Part shown: one piece after another, positions 27,651 to 36,776 of the stretch
Numbering within the stretch: position 1 is the stretch's first letter
How the letters are laid out: each line of letters starts with the position of its first letter
Assembly (NCBI GenBank): GCA_965197725.1
Contig: CBDANQ010000055.1
Location: 1 to 64,000, forward strand
Source: Longimicrobiales bacterium
GTDB taxonomy: Bacteria; Gemmatimonadota; Gemmatimonadetes; Longimicrobiales; Gaopeijiaceae
DNA length: 64,000 bases
Direction: 5' to 3'
Position numbers and translations under genes: made by a program
The notes under the pieces: generated by a model
Database searches by the model: none
What the model saw: the letters and a program-made list of their open reading frames with translations, nothing else
Told to the model about the DNA's origin: nothing

Positions 27651-29148
27651 ATGCACATCCTTCCTTCGTTCGATCGGTTCAAGGCCCTCGCCAGCGTGGC
27701 CGGCTTGGTGCCCGTCTGGCGCGAGTTTCTATTCGACGTCGACACTGCGGTGACCGCCTACTCGAAGCTGGTGGAACCGCCCTTTGGGTTCCTGCTCGAG
27801 TCGGTAGTGGGCGGCGAACAATGGGCCCGATATTCGTTTCTGGGAACCCGTCCCGCGGGCGCGTGGAGACTTCACCGCGGCGCGGTTTCATGGTGGACGC
27901 CCGGCGGAGGCTGGAGCGCGGTCGAGGCGGACGATCCGCTCGACGACTTAGATGCCCGACTGCGTGCGCGGGTCCCCGCCGAGGTACCCGGTCTGCCGCG
28001 CTTCTGGGGCGGCGCGGTCGGGTACTTCTCCTACGACGTGGTTCGTGAGATCGAGAATCTTCCGAACGCGCCGGAGGACGACTTGGCTCTTCCAGACGGA
28101 GTGTTCGTTTTCACGGACGTCGTCCTGGCCATCGACAATCTCCACGGACGAGCCATGGCGATCGCGGCGGTGCCAGTCGAGAGTGGTCTCTCCGATGAGG
28201 AGCTGAGGACTCGCTACGGAGACGCAGCGACGAAAACGAAGGACGTGATCGACCGCCTGGCCAAGGGGCCTGTGCCCGGACCGCTCGTGTTGGGCGACGA
28301 GCCCGATGTGGACCCTCCTTTCGAAAGCGCGTCGACTCGGGAGGAATACGAGCACGGCGTGGAGCGGATCCGCGAGTACATCCGGGCCGGAGACGCCTTT
28401 CAGGTCGTGCTCAGCCAGAGACTCGGCATCAGATTGGAGGCGACTCCCTTCGATGTCTACCGGGGACTGCGAAGCCTGAATCCGTCGCCCTACCTCTACT
28501 TCCTGGAGCTGGACGGTGTGAGCCTCGTCGGCGCGTCCCCTGAGGTGCTCGTGAGGGTCGAAGACTCGACCGTCACGGTTCGACCCATCGCGGGGACACG
28601 GCCCCGCGGTCGAACGCCGGAGAAAGAACGCGCCTTGGCAGAGGATTTGCTCCACGACGAGAAGGAGCTCGCAGAGCATCGAATGCTCTTGGACTTGGGG
28701 CGCAACGATGTCGGTCGCGTCGCCGAGTATGGTTCCGTGACGGTGCCGGAGCTGATGGTCGTGGAGCGTTACTCGCACGTGATGCACCTCGTGAGTCAGG
28801 TCGAGGGGAAAGCTGCGGTCCGGGCTCGGCGCGATCGACGTGTTTCGTGCGTGCTTCCCAGCGGGGACGCTGTCGGGCGCTCCCAAGGTGCGCGCCATGG
28901 AGATCATCGACGAGCTGGAGCCGGTGCGGCGTGGTCCGTACGGCGGGGCAGTCGGCCACTTCAACTACGGCGGCATGAGCATGGATACCGCGATCACGAT
29001 CCGCACGTTGGTCGCAACGGATGGGAATGCCTACGTGCAGGCGGGCGCGGGCATCGTTGCCGATAGCGACCCGTCACGAGAGTACGAGGAGACGCTCAGC
29101 AAGGCACGAGCGCTACTCCAGGCCGTGGCGATGGTAAGCGTGAGTTAG
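27651..29148 (+). CDS. trpE: Anthranilate synthase component I, frameshift near 28815
   Basis: [50 protein letters not shown]; continues [15 protein letters not shown]...[10 protein letters not shown] in ORF 28840-29148. Confidence 0.9.
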
Positions 29149-29157
29149 CGTTAGCCG

Positions 29158-30534
29158 CTAGTCTCCGGCCGGCGCGCCCAGCTTCTCATAGAGCAGCGCC
29201 AGCGCGCCGATGCCCTTCTCGAAGTTCTCTACGGAAAGCCATTCGTTGGGAGCGTGTAAATTGCACCCGGGGAGCGAGAAGCCCAGGAGGAGTGCAGGGG
29301 CATCCAGACGCTCTTCGAACTCGACGACGATCGGGATCGAACCGCCGCCGCCCATCGGGACCGGCTTGGTGCCGAACGCTTCCTCCAGCGCTTTGGCGGC
29401 GGCCTCGAAGTACGGACCCTTGATGCTCGCCTTCCAAGGGCGACCGCCGTGAAGTTCCTTCAGCTCCACAGTCACGCCGTCAGGGGTGACGTTCCGGAGG
29501 TGCGCCTCCAGCAGCTCTTTTACCCTGGCGTCCGTTTGATCCGGAACCAGGCGAAAGCTCACCTTGGCCATCGCGTGGTTTGGCAGTACGGTCTTCGCGC
29601 CCTCATCGGTATATCCACAAAGCATGCCGTTGACGTCGCAGGTCGGCCGGATCCACAGACGCTCGAGCGTGCTGAAGCCCTTCTCGCCCCCGAGGGCGAC
29701 GACGTCGAGCCCTTCCCGGAACTCGTCGTCCGAGTGGGGAAGCGCGGCGATTTGCTCGCGGGTCTCGGAGTCCCAGTCGACGACGTCCTCATAGAAGCCC
29801 GGCATCGCGATACGGCCTTGATCATCGTGGAGAGAGGCGATGATGAGCGACAGCGCGTTGCCGGGATTGATCACCGCGCCACCGAATTCTCCGGAGTGCA
29901 GGTCGCTGCGGGCGCCCCGCACGTGGATCTCGAAGTACGCGAGGCCTCTCAGCGAGAAGAGGAGGGAAGGCAGTCCCTCGGCGAACATGCCCGTGTCCGA
30001 GACGACCACGACGTCACACGCGAGACGTTCCAAGTGAGCCTCGACGAACGGGACGAGGTTCGGCGAGCCGACCTCTTCCTCGCCTTCGGCGAGCACCAGG
30101 ACGTTGACGGGCAGCGAGCCGCTCGTGGCAAGGTGGGCTTCGAGCGCCTTCACGTGCATGTAGAGCTGGCCCTTGTCGTCCGCTGAGCCGCGCGCGTAAA
30201 TGCGACCCTCGCGTTCCGTGGGCTCGAAAGGAGGCGAGGTCCAGAGCTCCAGCGGCTCCGGTGGCTGCACGTCGTAATGCCCGTATACGAGCACGGTCGG
30301 AGCGTCCGCGCCGGCGCCACGCCACTCACCCAGCACGACCGGGTGACCCTCCGTGGCCATGACCTCCACCTCTAGCCCGGCTTCCTGCATACGCGCGGCC
30401 AGCCACTGCGCCGACCGAGTCGTTTCGTGGTCGTACTCCGACCTGGCGCTGATGGACGGAATGCGCAGGAAGTCGTACAGCTCCTCCCGAAAACGTCCGA
30501 GGTTGGTGTCGATAAAAGTCAGGGCGTCCGACAT
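29158..30534 (-). CDS. M20-family dipeptidase
   Basis: YGHYDVQP, ARGSADDKGQ, EGEEEVGS, DLHSG, GGSIP, HAPNE. Confidence 0.93.
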   Translation of the reverse strand: MSDALTFIDTNLGRFREELYDFLRIPSISARSEYDHETTRSAQWLAARMQEAGLEVEVMATEGHPVVLGEWRGAGADAPTVLVYGHYDVQPPEPLELWTSPPFEPTEREGRIYARGSADDKGQLYMHVKALEAHLATSGSLPVNVLVLAEGEEEVGSPNLVPFVEAHLERLACDVVVVSDTGMFAEGLPSLLFSLRGLAYFEIHVRGARSDLHSGEFGGAVINPGNALSLIIASLHDDQGRIAMPGFYEDVVDWDSETREQIAALPHSDDEFREGLDVVALGGEKGFSTLERLWIRPTCDVNGMLCGYTDEGAKTVLPNHAMAKVSFRLVPDQTDARVKELLEAHLRNVTPDGVTVELKELHGGRPWKASIKGPYFEAAAKALEEAFGTKPVPMGGGGSIPIVVEFEERLDAPALLLGFSLPGCNLHAPNEWLSVENFEKGIGALALLYEKLGAPAGD

Positions 30535-30563
30535 TTCTTCAACGCTTCTAGTCGGACGTCTAG

Positions 30564-30781
30564 CAGTCCGTGGAAGAAATAGGTTCCCAGCGGATGATGG
30601 GTGGGAGAGAAGGCAGACACGCGGGGGCTGTGTTGTTGTGCAAGAAGCGGGTTTTGGGGTCTAGGCGATATTCGGCCCAAGGAAGGCGAAATAGCGCCGA
30701 ATACGGCGGAAAAAGCGCGAGACGCGGGTTGTAACCTGAGTTGCGAGCGCAGCTTGTACGGTAGCGAGGCCCTGTAACGCA
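30564..30781 (-). mobile_element. 218-bp right-end fragment of the IS1182-family element, adjacent to CTAG
   Basis: Reverse complement of 43868-44093 apart from two 4-bp gaps; begins with TIR CAGTCCGTGGAAGAAA right after CTAG 30560-30563. Confidence 0.9.
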
Positions 30782-31048
30782 GACGAACGTCATCATTGCG
30801 GCGAAGACCGCCCCTCCCGCCATCCCGCTCCACCTTCTCGGCGCTCAGCGCCAATGGCTCGTACAGGTGGGCTCGAAGATCCCGACGCCGAGCATGCCTC
30901 CGATGACTGCCGCGAAAGAGCCAAGCACGGCGATCACGACGCTGTGTCCCTGCGTTTCCTCCGGCCGCTTGACGGGAGTGCCTTCATCGTAAGGCCGATC
31001 ACGGCCCCCATCACGATCCAAATCGCTACGCCGATCCAGTTCTGCATG
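30782..31048 (-). pseudogene. Small multi-TM membrane protein (GlsB/YeaQ-like), disrupted or mosaic
   Basis: MQNWIGVAIWIVMGAVIGLTMKAL / KRPEETQGHSVVIAVLGSFAAVIGGMLGVGIFE / GMAGGAVFAAMMTFV in shifting frames, ending at the IS fragment. Confidence 0.6.
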
Positions 31049-31076
31049 TCGCGCCACTGACCCCGTGATGCCCCGC

Positions 31077-31419
31077 TGCGTGCTCTTCCACATGTTGTTT
31101 CGGGACCGGCAAATCTACCCGAAGCCCTTCGGGAGAGCCAGACTCCCGGCCGCACCCACACGGTCGTTGACGCGCGCAGCGGGTCGCATTTTCTTGGTCC
31201 AATGAGCGACGCTGTGTCCCTGCGTTTCCTCCGGCCGCTTGAGATCATCGATCCAGTTCTGCATGTCGCGCCACTGACCCCGTGAATGCGTGCTCTTCCA
31301 CATGTTGTTTCGGGACCGGCAAATCTACCCGAAGCCCTTCGGGAGAGCCAGACTCCCGGCCGCACCCACACGGTCGTTGACGCGCGCAGCGGGTCGCATT
31401 TTCTTGGTCCAATGAGCGA
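31077..31419. repeat. 133-bp direct repeat (31077-31209, 31287-31419) with spacer built from copies of 30937-30972 and 31032-31068
   Basis: Direct sequence comparison; copies offset by 210 bp. Confidence 0.9.
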
Positions 31420-31903
31420 TGAGATCATCGACCTGACCCAGTATCTCAACCGGGAGTCGAAAGAGGAGCAGCCCTCGCGGGGGGCGTTCGCGCTGTGGGG
31501 GGCGGATGGTGAACGGTCCCGGTTCGCCCTACCGCTGTGGCGCACCATCTACCTGGGACAAGGGGAGCGCGGCGCGATCGTGTGGCGCGACAGTTCTGGA
31601 GACGATGCTGCTCACGCGTTTGTCGTGCTCGACCTCGGTCAAGATCCCGCGCGGCTGGAGGTCGACCAAGCTGCGGTTCCGCTGTCGGAGGACGGTGAAC
31701 CGCCCGCCTTGCACGATTACGGAGCTGCGGGCGTCACCATCTTCCTCGGTGCCCGAGGGGACCGAATCTGGCACCTGGTAGTGGACGGCGGTGACAAGAG
31801 GGTTGGCGAACTCTCCGCGAAGAGCCGGGAGGACATCCTCTTTTTGGCCGGTGAGTGTGCGGGACTGCTCTTCTTGAGGGACTTCGGCGGCAAGGCGCCG
31901 TAG
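31412..31903 (+). CDS. Hypothetical protein (possibly GAF-like)
   Basis: MSDEIIDLTQYL...LFLAGECAGLLFLRD; globular composition and plausible coding frame. Confidence 0.65.
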   Translation: MSDEIIDLTQYLNRESKEEQPSRGAFALWGADGERSRFALPLWRTIYLGQGERGAIVWRDSSGDDAAHAFVVLDLGQDPARLEVDQAAVPLSEDGEPPALHDYGAAGVTIFLGARGDRIWHLVVDGGDKRVGELSAKSREDILFLAGECAGLLFLRDFGGKAP

Positions 31904-31932
31904 CAGCCCGTGGTAGAACTAAGACTAGACGA

Positions 31933-32601
31933 CTAGTCCTGGCCCATCCGGCGCTTGAGCTCTGCCAGGCGCGCGTCGTAGTCCGGCTCTGGTAGCGGCG
32001 CCTCGTTCAGGTCGATGTGGTAGTCCGACTGCTTTGGACCCAGGTCCAGATCCGGGAACGCCTCGGCCGCCTCACCCTTGGCGCGCTCATCGTCGATCTT
32101 CCCGGCCATGCGGTCGAGTTCGCTGAAGAGATCGTCCGCCGCCGATATCGACTCGCGTGCGCCCGACCGTCCGGCAGTAGCCGACAGCGAGTCACGTTTG
32201 GCCTGAGCCTCCTTGACCTTCTCCATCATCTCTTCGACCTCCTCTCGACGGAAGTCGAGCTCGGCCTTGAGTGCCTTCGCCTTCTGCTCGAGCAACTGCT
32301 GATGTTCCTCGTGCTTCTCGGCGAACTGGGCGGCGACGTCCGCCGTCTCGGAGTCGCCGATTTCGCGGGCCATCCGCTCGCGTCGCCGACAGGTCGCGGC
32401 CTCGGCCTTCTCCTTCTCCGTCTCCGACAGAGCTTTTCCGATCTGGCTCTCGAGGTTCGCGACCTCGGCTTTCACGTCGGTGATCTCGTCGACCATGCCG
32501 CCGATCAGGCGATTGACCGTCTCCGGGACATGTTCCCGGTTCAGCTCCTTGTTGAAGTTCTCGTACGCTTCGCGGAACGCGGATCTCAAATCTTCGAACA
32601 T
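31933..32601 (-). CDS. PspA/IM30-like coiled-coil protein
   Basis: All-helical E/K/A-rich 222 aa; A...GDSETA..A; FSELDRM..KI; C-terminal DARLAELKRRMG. Confidence 0.75.
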   Translation of the reverse strand: MFEDLRSAFREAYENFNKELNREHVPETVNRLIGGMVDEITDVKAEVANLESQIGKALSETEKEKAEAATCRRRERMAREIGDSETADVAAQFAEKHEEHQQLLEQKAKALKAELDFRREEVEEMMEKVKEAQAKRDSLSATAGRSGARESISAADDLFSELDRMAGKIDDERAKGEAAEAFPDLDLGPKQSDYHIDLNEAPLPEPDYDARLAELKRRMGQD

Positions 32602-32622
32602 TGCCCTGGCAGGTGGGGCGCT

Positions 32623-33252
32623 TCAGTTGAGGAAGGGCGCGATACGCTGGGCGAACGAATTCCGCGCGCGGTGCAAGCGGCTCTTCACGGTTCCGAGGTT
32701 CACTCCCGTTATCTCCGAGATCTCCTCGTAGCTCTTCCCTTCCAGCTCGCGAAGGCGGAAGACGAGACGGTGGTGCTCCGGCAGTTCCTTCACCGTGTCT
32801 TCGACGAGTCGCCGCAGGAACCGCTTCCGGTAAAGGTCGTCCGGGCGCATCGAGTAGTCCTCGAACTGCAGAGGACGGTGGTCGTCATCCCAGTTGCTCG
32901 TGAGCCTCTGAAAGAGCACGAGCGGGCTTCTGGACCGGTTGCGCAGTTCATTCTTGGCCAGATTGCTCGCGATCGTATAGACCCAAGTCGAGAACTTCTT
33001 CGACGTGTCGAAACGGTGGAGGTGCCTCGTCACTCGGATGAACGCCTCCTGCACGAGGTCCTGCGCCCGATCACCATCACCGGTCTTGCGCGTGATGAAG
33101 TGGATGAGCCGGTCCCGGTACCGATCGTACAGACGCTGGAACGCGCCAGGACGTCCGTCCAGATGCACGGTGACCAGCTGCTCGTCGGTTAGGTCCTCCA
33201 GCGGTGTGGCCTGCAGGAATTCACGGAGCTGTTTGGGGTTGGCGTCGACCAT
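32623..33252 (-). CDS. ECF sigma-70 factor (RpoE/SigW-like)
   Basis: AQDLVQEAFIR, FSTWVYTIASN, LRELEGKSYEEIS, GTVKSRLHRAR. Confidence 0.93.
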   Translation of the reverse strand: MVDANPKQLREFLQATPLEDLTDEQLVTVHLDGRPGAFQRLYDRYRDRLIHFITRKTGDGDRAQDLVQEAFIRVTRHLHRFDTSKKFSTWVYTIASNLAKNELRNRSRSPLVLFQRLTSNWDDDHRPLQFEDYSMRPDDLYRKRFLRRLVEDTVKELPEHHRLVFRLRELEGKSYEEISEITGVNLGTVKSRLHRARNSFAQRIAPFLN

Positions 33253-33277
33253 GTCCCGGAGCTTCTCAGTCGCTAGT

Positions 33278-33294
33278 CGAGAATCATTCTCATT
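33278..33294 (-). promoter_or_regulatory. Fur-box-like palindrome upstream of the ECF sigma gene
   Basis: Minus strand AATGAGAATGATTCTCG fits the 7-1-7 TGA(T/G)AATnATT(A/C)TCA form; lies between a TATCTT -10 candidate and the start codon. Confidence 0.55.
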
Positions 33295-33613
33295 TCTGTA
33301 CTGAAGATACCTCAGATCGGCCTGTTTTCCAGGCCGACCAGGACCCCTCGTTCGCAAACGCCCTCATAGAGGGCCTGTTCCGGTGCTGGAATCCGGTCGC
33401 GGGAAGCGAGAGCCTCCTCCGCCGCGCGTGCCGCTAAGCTAGGGGAATTCGCAGATGGCGCGGTACGGGCCGGGACCTTCGCGCAAGCGAAAGCGGGGGA
33501 GACAAAGACTCTCAATGGCATGAAGAACCAGCCCCCCCAGGGTGGGCCACGAGAAACCTCTGCACTCGCCCCGCTCACGCTCAGCTCGGAACCAGGGTTC
33601 CAAACGTACCTCC

Positions 33614-33642
33614 TATATACCGCACACACGTCGAGGTGTCAC
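33614..33642 (-). promoter_or_regulatory. Sigma-70-type promoter GTGACA-17-TATATA
   Basis: Plus strand TATATA 33614-33619 and TGTCAC 33637-33642, 17-nt spacer. Confidence 0.5.
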
Positions 33643-33758
33643 TCTCATATTGGTACATCGTGTAGGAAAAGCTGAAAATCCACGAAAGCCGTGCGTTGCA
33701 GCGAGGCTCGAGCGCTGTGAGATTGCTTCCGAGTGACCCCCACAAGGCCGGGAGCGAG

Positions 33759-34430
33759 TTGACCGACTCCACCCCAACCCGACGCGTGCAAGCCATCGTT
33801 GGATTGCGTCTGCTCGAGATGATCCGAGATCAGGACCTCCCTGGCGAGATCCTGGAGGCGGAAGATCCGACGCAAACCATGCCTCGCCGACTGGGCCTGA
33901 GCGACGTGGTCGACCGCCAGATCCGTACTTATCGGAGAGATGTGAAGAAAGGAGTCCGCCTCGCGGACGCGGAGGTGCTGGACCTCTTCCGACTGGTCAT
34001 CCGGCGGCCCGACGGCGAAGAGGTCTTCTACGGTGCCGGGCAGCTCCTCGCTTCGATGGAGCGCCCGAGCCGGTGGACGCGAGTCGTGCCTCAGCGCGTT
34101 CAATACGCTGTGGCACGCGGGAGGGTCAAGCGACGCCTCAAGCGGCTCTTTGGGCGCCGCGTCGGAGGTTTCGGCCGAGGCCCATTCTCGGTGGAAGGGA
34201 GAGCGCTCGTCTTTATCGAGAGTGATCCGGGAGGAGAGGCTTGTCACCTCCTGTCCGGCTTCTGCCAGGAGATCCTCGAGCAAACCGGAGGAGGCTTGGT
34301 CCAAGTGAAGCACACCCTCTGCCAGGCACGTGGCGACGACCACTGTCGATGGGAGGGGACGTTCATCGACAAGCCGGCCGAGGACATGCGATCCAGGGGC
34401 GGACTCCGCCGAGCGCGTGGGGGCTGTTGA
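33759..34430 (+). CDS. V4R (4-vinyl reductase) domain protein
   Basis: C-terminal ACHLLSGF...HTLCQARGDDHCRW V4R Cys pattern; TTG start with GGAG RBS. Confidence 0.75.
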   Translation: MTDSTPTRRVQAIVGLRLLEMIRDQDLPGEILEAEDPTQTMPRRLGLSDVVDRQIRTYRRDVKKGVRLADAEVLDLFRLVIRRPDGEEVFYGAGQLLASMERPSRWTRVVPQRVQYAVARGRVKRRLKRLFGRRVGGFGRGPFSVEGRALVFIESDPGGEACHLLSGFCQEILEQTGGGLVQVKHTLCQARGDDHCRWEGTFIDKPAEDMRSRGGLRRARGGC

Positions 34431-34552
34431 ATCGTAGAGAAGGGCCGGTGGTGGTGGAGGTGTGGCGCAACGTGGCCCCGGAGCGTCATATGGTGATGCT
34501 CGCGGAGCTACTGGGGGCCTGACGGGGTCCGCTTCAATCGTATTGGAGCAGT

Positions 34553-35416
34553 ATGGAGATCGGGATAGGAATCGCCATTTGGGTCGTGCTCGCCACTGGG
34601 ATCGTACTCGGCGTCGCGGGCTTTCTGTTGGGACGCTCCGGGGCGCATTCGGCTGGAGTCGGGGAGGGGCGCGCTGAGGCAGAGCGGTGCCTCGCCCGAG
34701 CGGCCGACTCCATCCGTCGGGGTCGACGCCCTCAGGCCGCCGCCGGCTCGCCGGAGGAAGAGCTGTACACCGCGCTGGAGCAAGGCTGGGCCCCTCGGGA
34801 GACCGAGCGTCAGGCGGCTCTGAAAGAGGCGATCGGACGCGTGAGCGTGTTCCTGGATGCGAGCGTGCGCGGTCCGCTCGCGGGCGCAGGTCGCGAGGCA
34901 CGTGCCGGTGAGTTGCGTGAACGCATCCAGCGCGCGCTCGGCGCCCTTGAGGACTTAAACTTCTTTCTTGAGGAGCCCGCCGGCGAGAGCGAAGGCCACG
35001 ACCTCGTGCCGCTGGTGCAGCGCGTGACTCGCGACTTTGCCGCGGACCAGGACGTGGGAGTACGGATCCAATTGGCGGAGGCCTCGGTGCGCGCCACTGT
35101 GAATGCCCAAGTGCTCATGGACAGCCTGTACCTCATCCTCCACAACGCCGGCCGCTTCGGAGGTGGCACGACGGTCGACGTTACGGTCCAAGCCGTCGAC
35201 GGTCGCGCTCTGGTCACCGTGCGAGACCGCGGCGAGGGCTTTACTGAGGAGGCGTTCAAGCGGGCGTTCGACCCGTTCTACTCGACGTCGAGGGAGGGGC
35301 TCGGGCTGGGTCTGCCCCACGCACGTACACTCATCGAGGGCATGGGGGGACGCGTGGAGCTACGCAACGTCCCGGACGGTGGCGCTGAGGTCGAGGTATC
35401 GTTCGCGCGTAACTGA
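34553..35416 (+). CDS. Membrane-anchored HATPase_c protein (histidine kinase-like, no H-box His)
   Basis: N-terminal TM; N-box HNAGRF, DRGEG, FDPFYST, GLGLGL; H-box position reads DASVRGPLAG. Confidence 0.8.
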   Translation: MEIGIGIAIWVVLATGIVLGVAGFLLGRSGAHSAGVGEGRAEAERCLARAADSIRRGRRPQAAAGSPEEELYTALEQGWAPRETERQAALKEAIGRVSVFLDASVRGPLAGAGREARAGELRERIQRALGALEDLNFFLEEPAGESEGHDLVPLVQRVTRDFAADQDVGVRIQLAEASVRATVNAQVLMDSLYLILHNAGRFGGGTTVDVTVQAVDGRALVTVRDRGEGFTEEAFKRAFDPFYSTSREGLGLGLPHARTLIEGMGGRVELRNVPDGGAEVEVSFARN

Positions 35417-35426
35417 CCTGCGCCGG

Positions 35427-36335
35427 TTACGGACCTGCGCGGTGCCGTGTCACTCCCACGCCGGCAACGCCCGAGACCACCAACACGATTCCAAGCCAAC
35501 CCACGGACCGCAGACCCTGGCCCAGAAGTAGGGTTGCGAGCAACGCGGCCACGGCCGGTTCGATCGCCGTCGCGAGAGAGGCTCGGCTCGCCTCGATCCT
35601 CGCCAATGCATCGAAGCATAGGAACTGGGCGAGTGCGATCGTGGCGGCGCCGAAAACAAAGATTAGCCCCCACGCGGTTCCGGTGTCCGGAAGCTTGATT
35701 GTGCCCTCGGTGGACAGGAGGGTCGCGGTGAGGATGACGCACGCGCCGATCGTGCTGTAGACCACGGTAGGCACGGCGCCATAACGCGGGCTCGCGAAGC
35801 GACCGAGGAGCGTGTAGGCGGCATAGCTGAGGCCGGCCAGCGCTCCCCAGGCCAGTCCGGCGGAACCGAAAGTCGCCGGAACGTCATCGGCGCCCGCGAC
35901 GGAGAGCCAAACGCCGAAGAGCGTCACGACCACGAGAGTCACCCGAGTGCGGGTAGGCCACTCGCCCAGGAGCGGCCCCGCTGCCGCGACCACGACCGCC
36001 GGTGCCAAGTACAGCAGCGCGACAGTCGTGGGCACTCCGACCGCATCGGTCGACAGCTGGTATGCCAACTGGAAGATGCCGAACACGACACCACCTCCGA
36101 GCCCGAGAACGAGAAGTCCGGTGCGGCTTACGCGCAACGACGCAGGGCGTAGGACGCCGAACACGGAAACCAAGACGAGCGCGCCGACCACTGGACGAAG
36201 CAGAGCCACACTCTCGGGCGGCACACCCATGCGGAAGAGGTGCACAGCAAAGATGCCGGAGGACCCCCAGAGGCACGCCGCTACGATCGCCTCCAGGTAT
36301 CCGAGCCGGCGACCCCCGGAAGGGCTCTCGCTCAC
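35427..36335 (-). CDS. EamA/DMT-family transporter
   Basis: About 10 TM; AACLWGSSG, LLYLAP, IEPAVA. Confidence 0.9.
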   Translation of the reverse strand: MSESPSGGRRLGYLEAIVAACLWGSSGIFAVHLFRMGVPPESVALLRPVVGALVLVSVFGVLRPASLRVSRTGLLVLGLGGGVVFGIFQLAYQLSTDAVGVPTTVALLYLAPAVVVAAAGPLLGEWPTRTRVTLVVVTLFGVWLSVAGADDVPATFGSAGLAWGALAGLSYAAYTLLGRFASPRYGAVPTVVYSTIGACVILTATLLSTEGTIKLPDTGTAWGLIFVFGAATIALAQFLCFDALARIEASRASLATAIEPAVAALLATLLLGQGLRSVGWLGIVLVVSGVAGVGVTRHRAGP

Positions 36336-36769
36336 CTGTATCCGTACACCTGGTAAAGGAGCACGTAGACGACCAGACCGGTCACCGAAACGTACGCCCA
36401 GATGGGAAAGGTCCAGCGCGCGAGCCGAGCGTGATTCCGGAAGCGGCGTCGCCTGACGAGATACACGAGGCGCAGCGCGAGCGGAACGACCAACACCGCG
36501 AGCGCGATGTGGGAGAACAGGATCGAGAAGTACACGGCCCTTGCCGCTCCCTCGCCGGCGAATTCGTGGATGCCCGTGAACGCGACGCGGGTCACGTAGA
36601 AGGTCAAGAAGAGGGCCGAGGTGGTGAGGGCGATCAGCATCGCCCTGCGGTGCATGTGCAGAGACCTCTGCCTCACGAAGTAGAACCCGGTGAAGAGCGC
36701 CACGGCGCTGGTCGCGTTCAGGCTCGCGTTGACGAGTGCGAGCATGTCCCCGATGTGAGCGCGATCCAC
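36332..36769 (-). CDS. DUF420 membrane protein
   Basis: VNASLNATS, HRRAML, YFSILFSHI, HARLARWTFPIWAYVSVTG. Confidence 0.9.
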   Translation of the reverse strand: MDRAHIGDMLALVNASLNATSAVALFTGFYFVRQRSLHMHRRAMLIALTTSALFLTFYVTRVAFTGIHEFAGEGAARAVYFSILFSHIALAVLVVPLALRLVYLVRRRRFRNHARLARWTFPIWAYVSVTGLVVYVLLYQVYGYR

Positions 36770-36776
36770 GAGACGC

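Noticed and set aside
31377..31405. TTGACG promoter for a leaderless transcript of the 31412 gene
   Set aside because: No convincing -10 at 16-18 nt spacing
30937..31419. Repeats considered as a CRISPR array
   Set aside because: Only two copies of each unit, no regular repeat-spacer period and no cas genes
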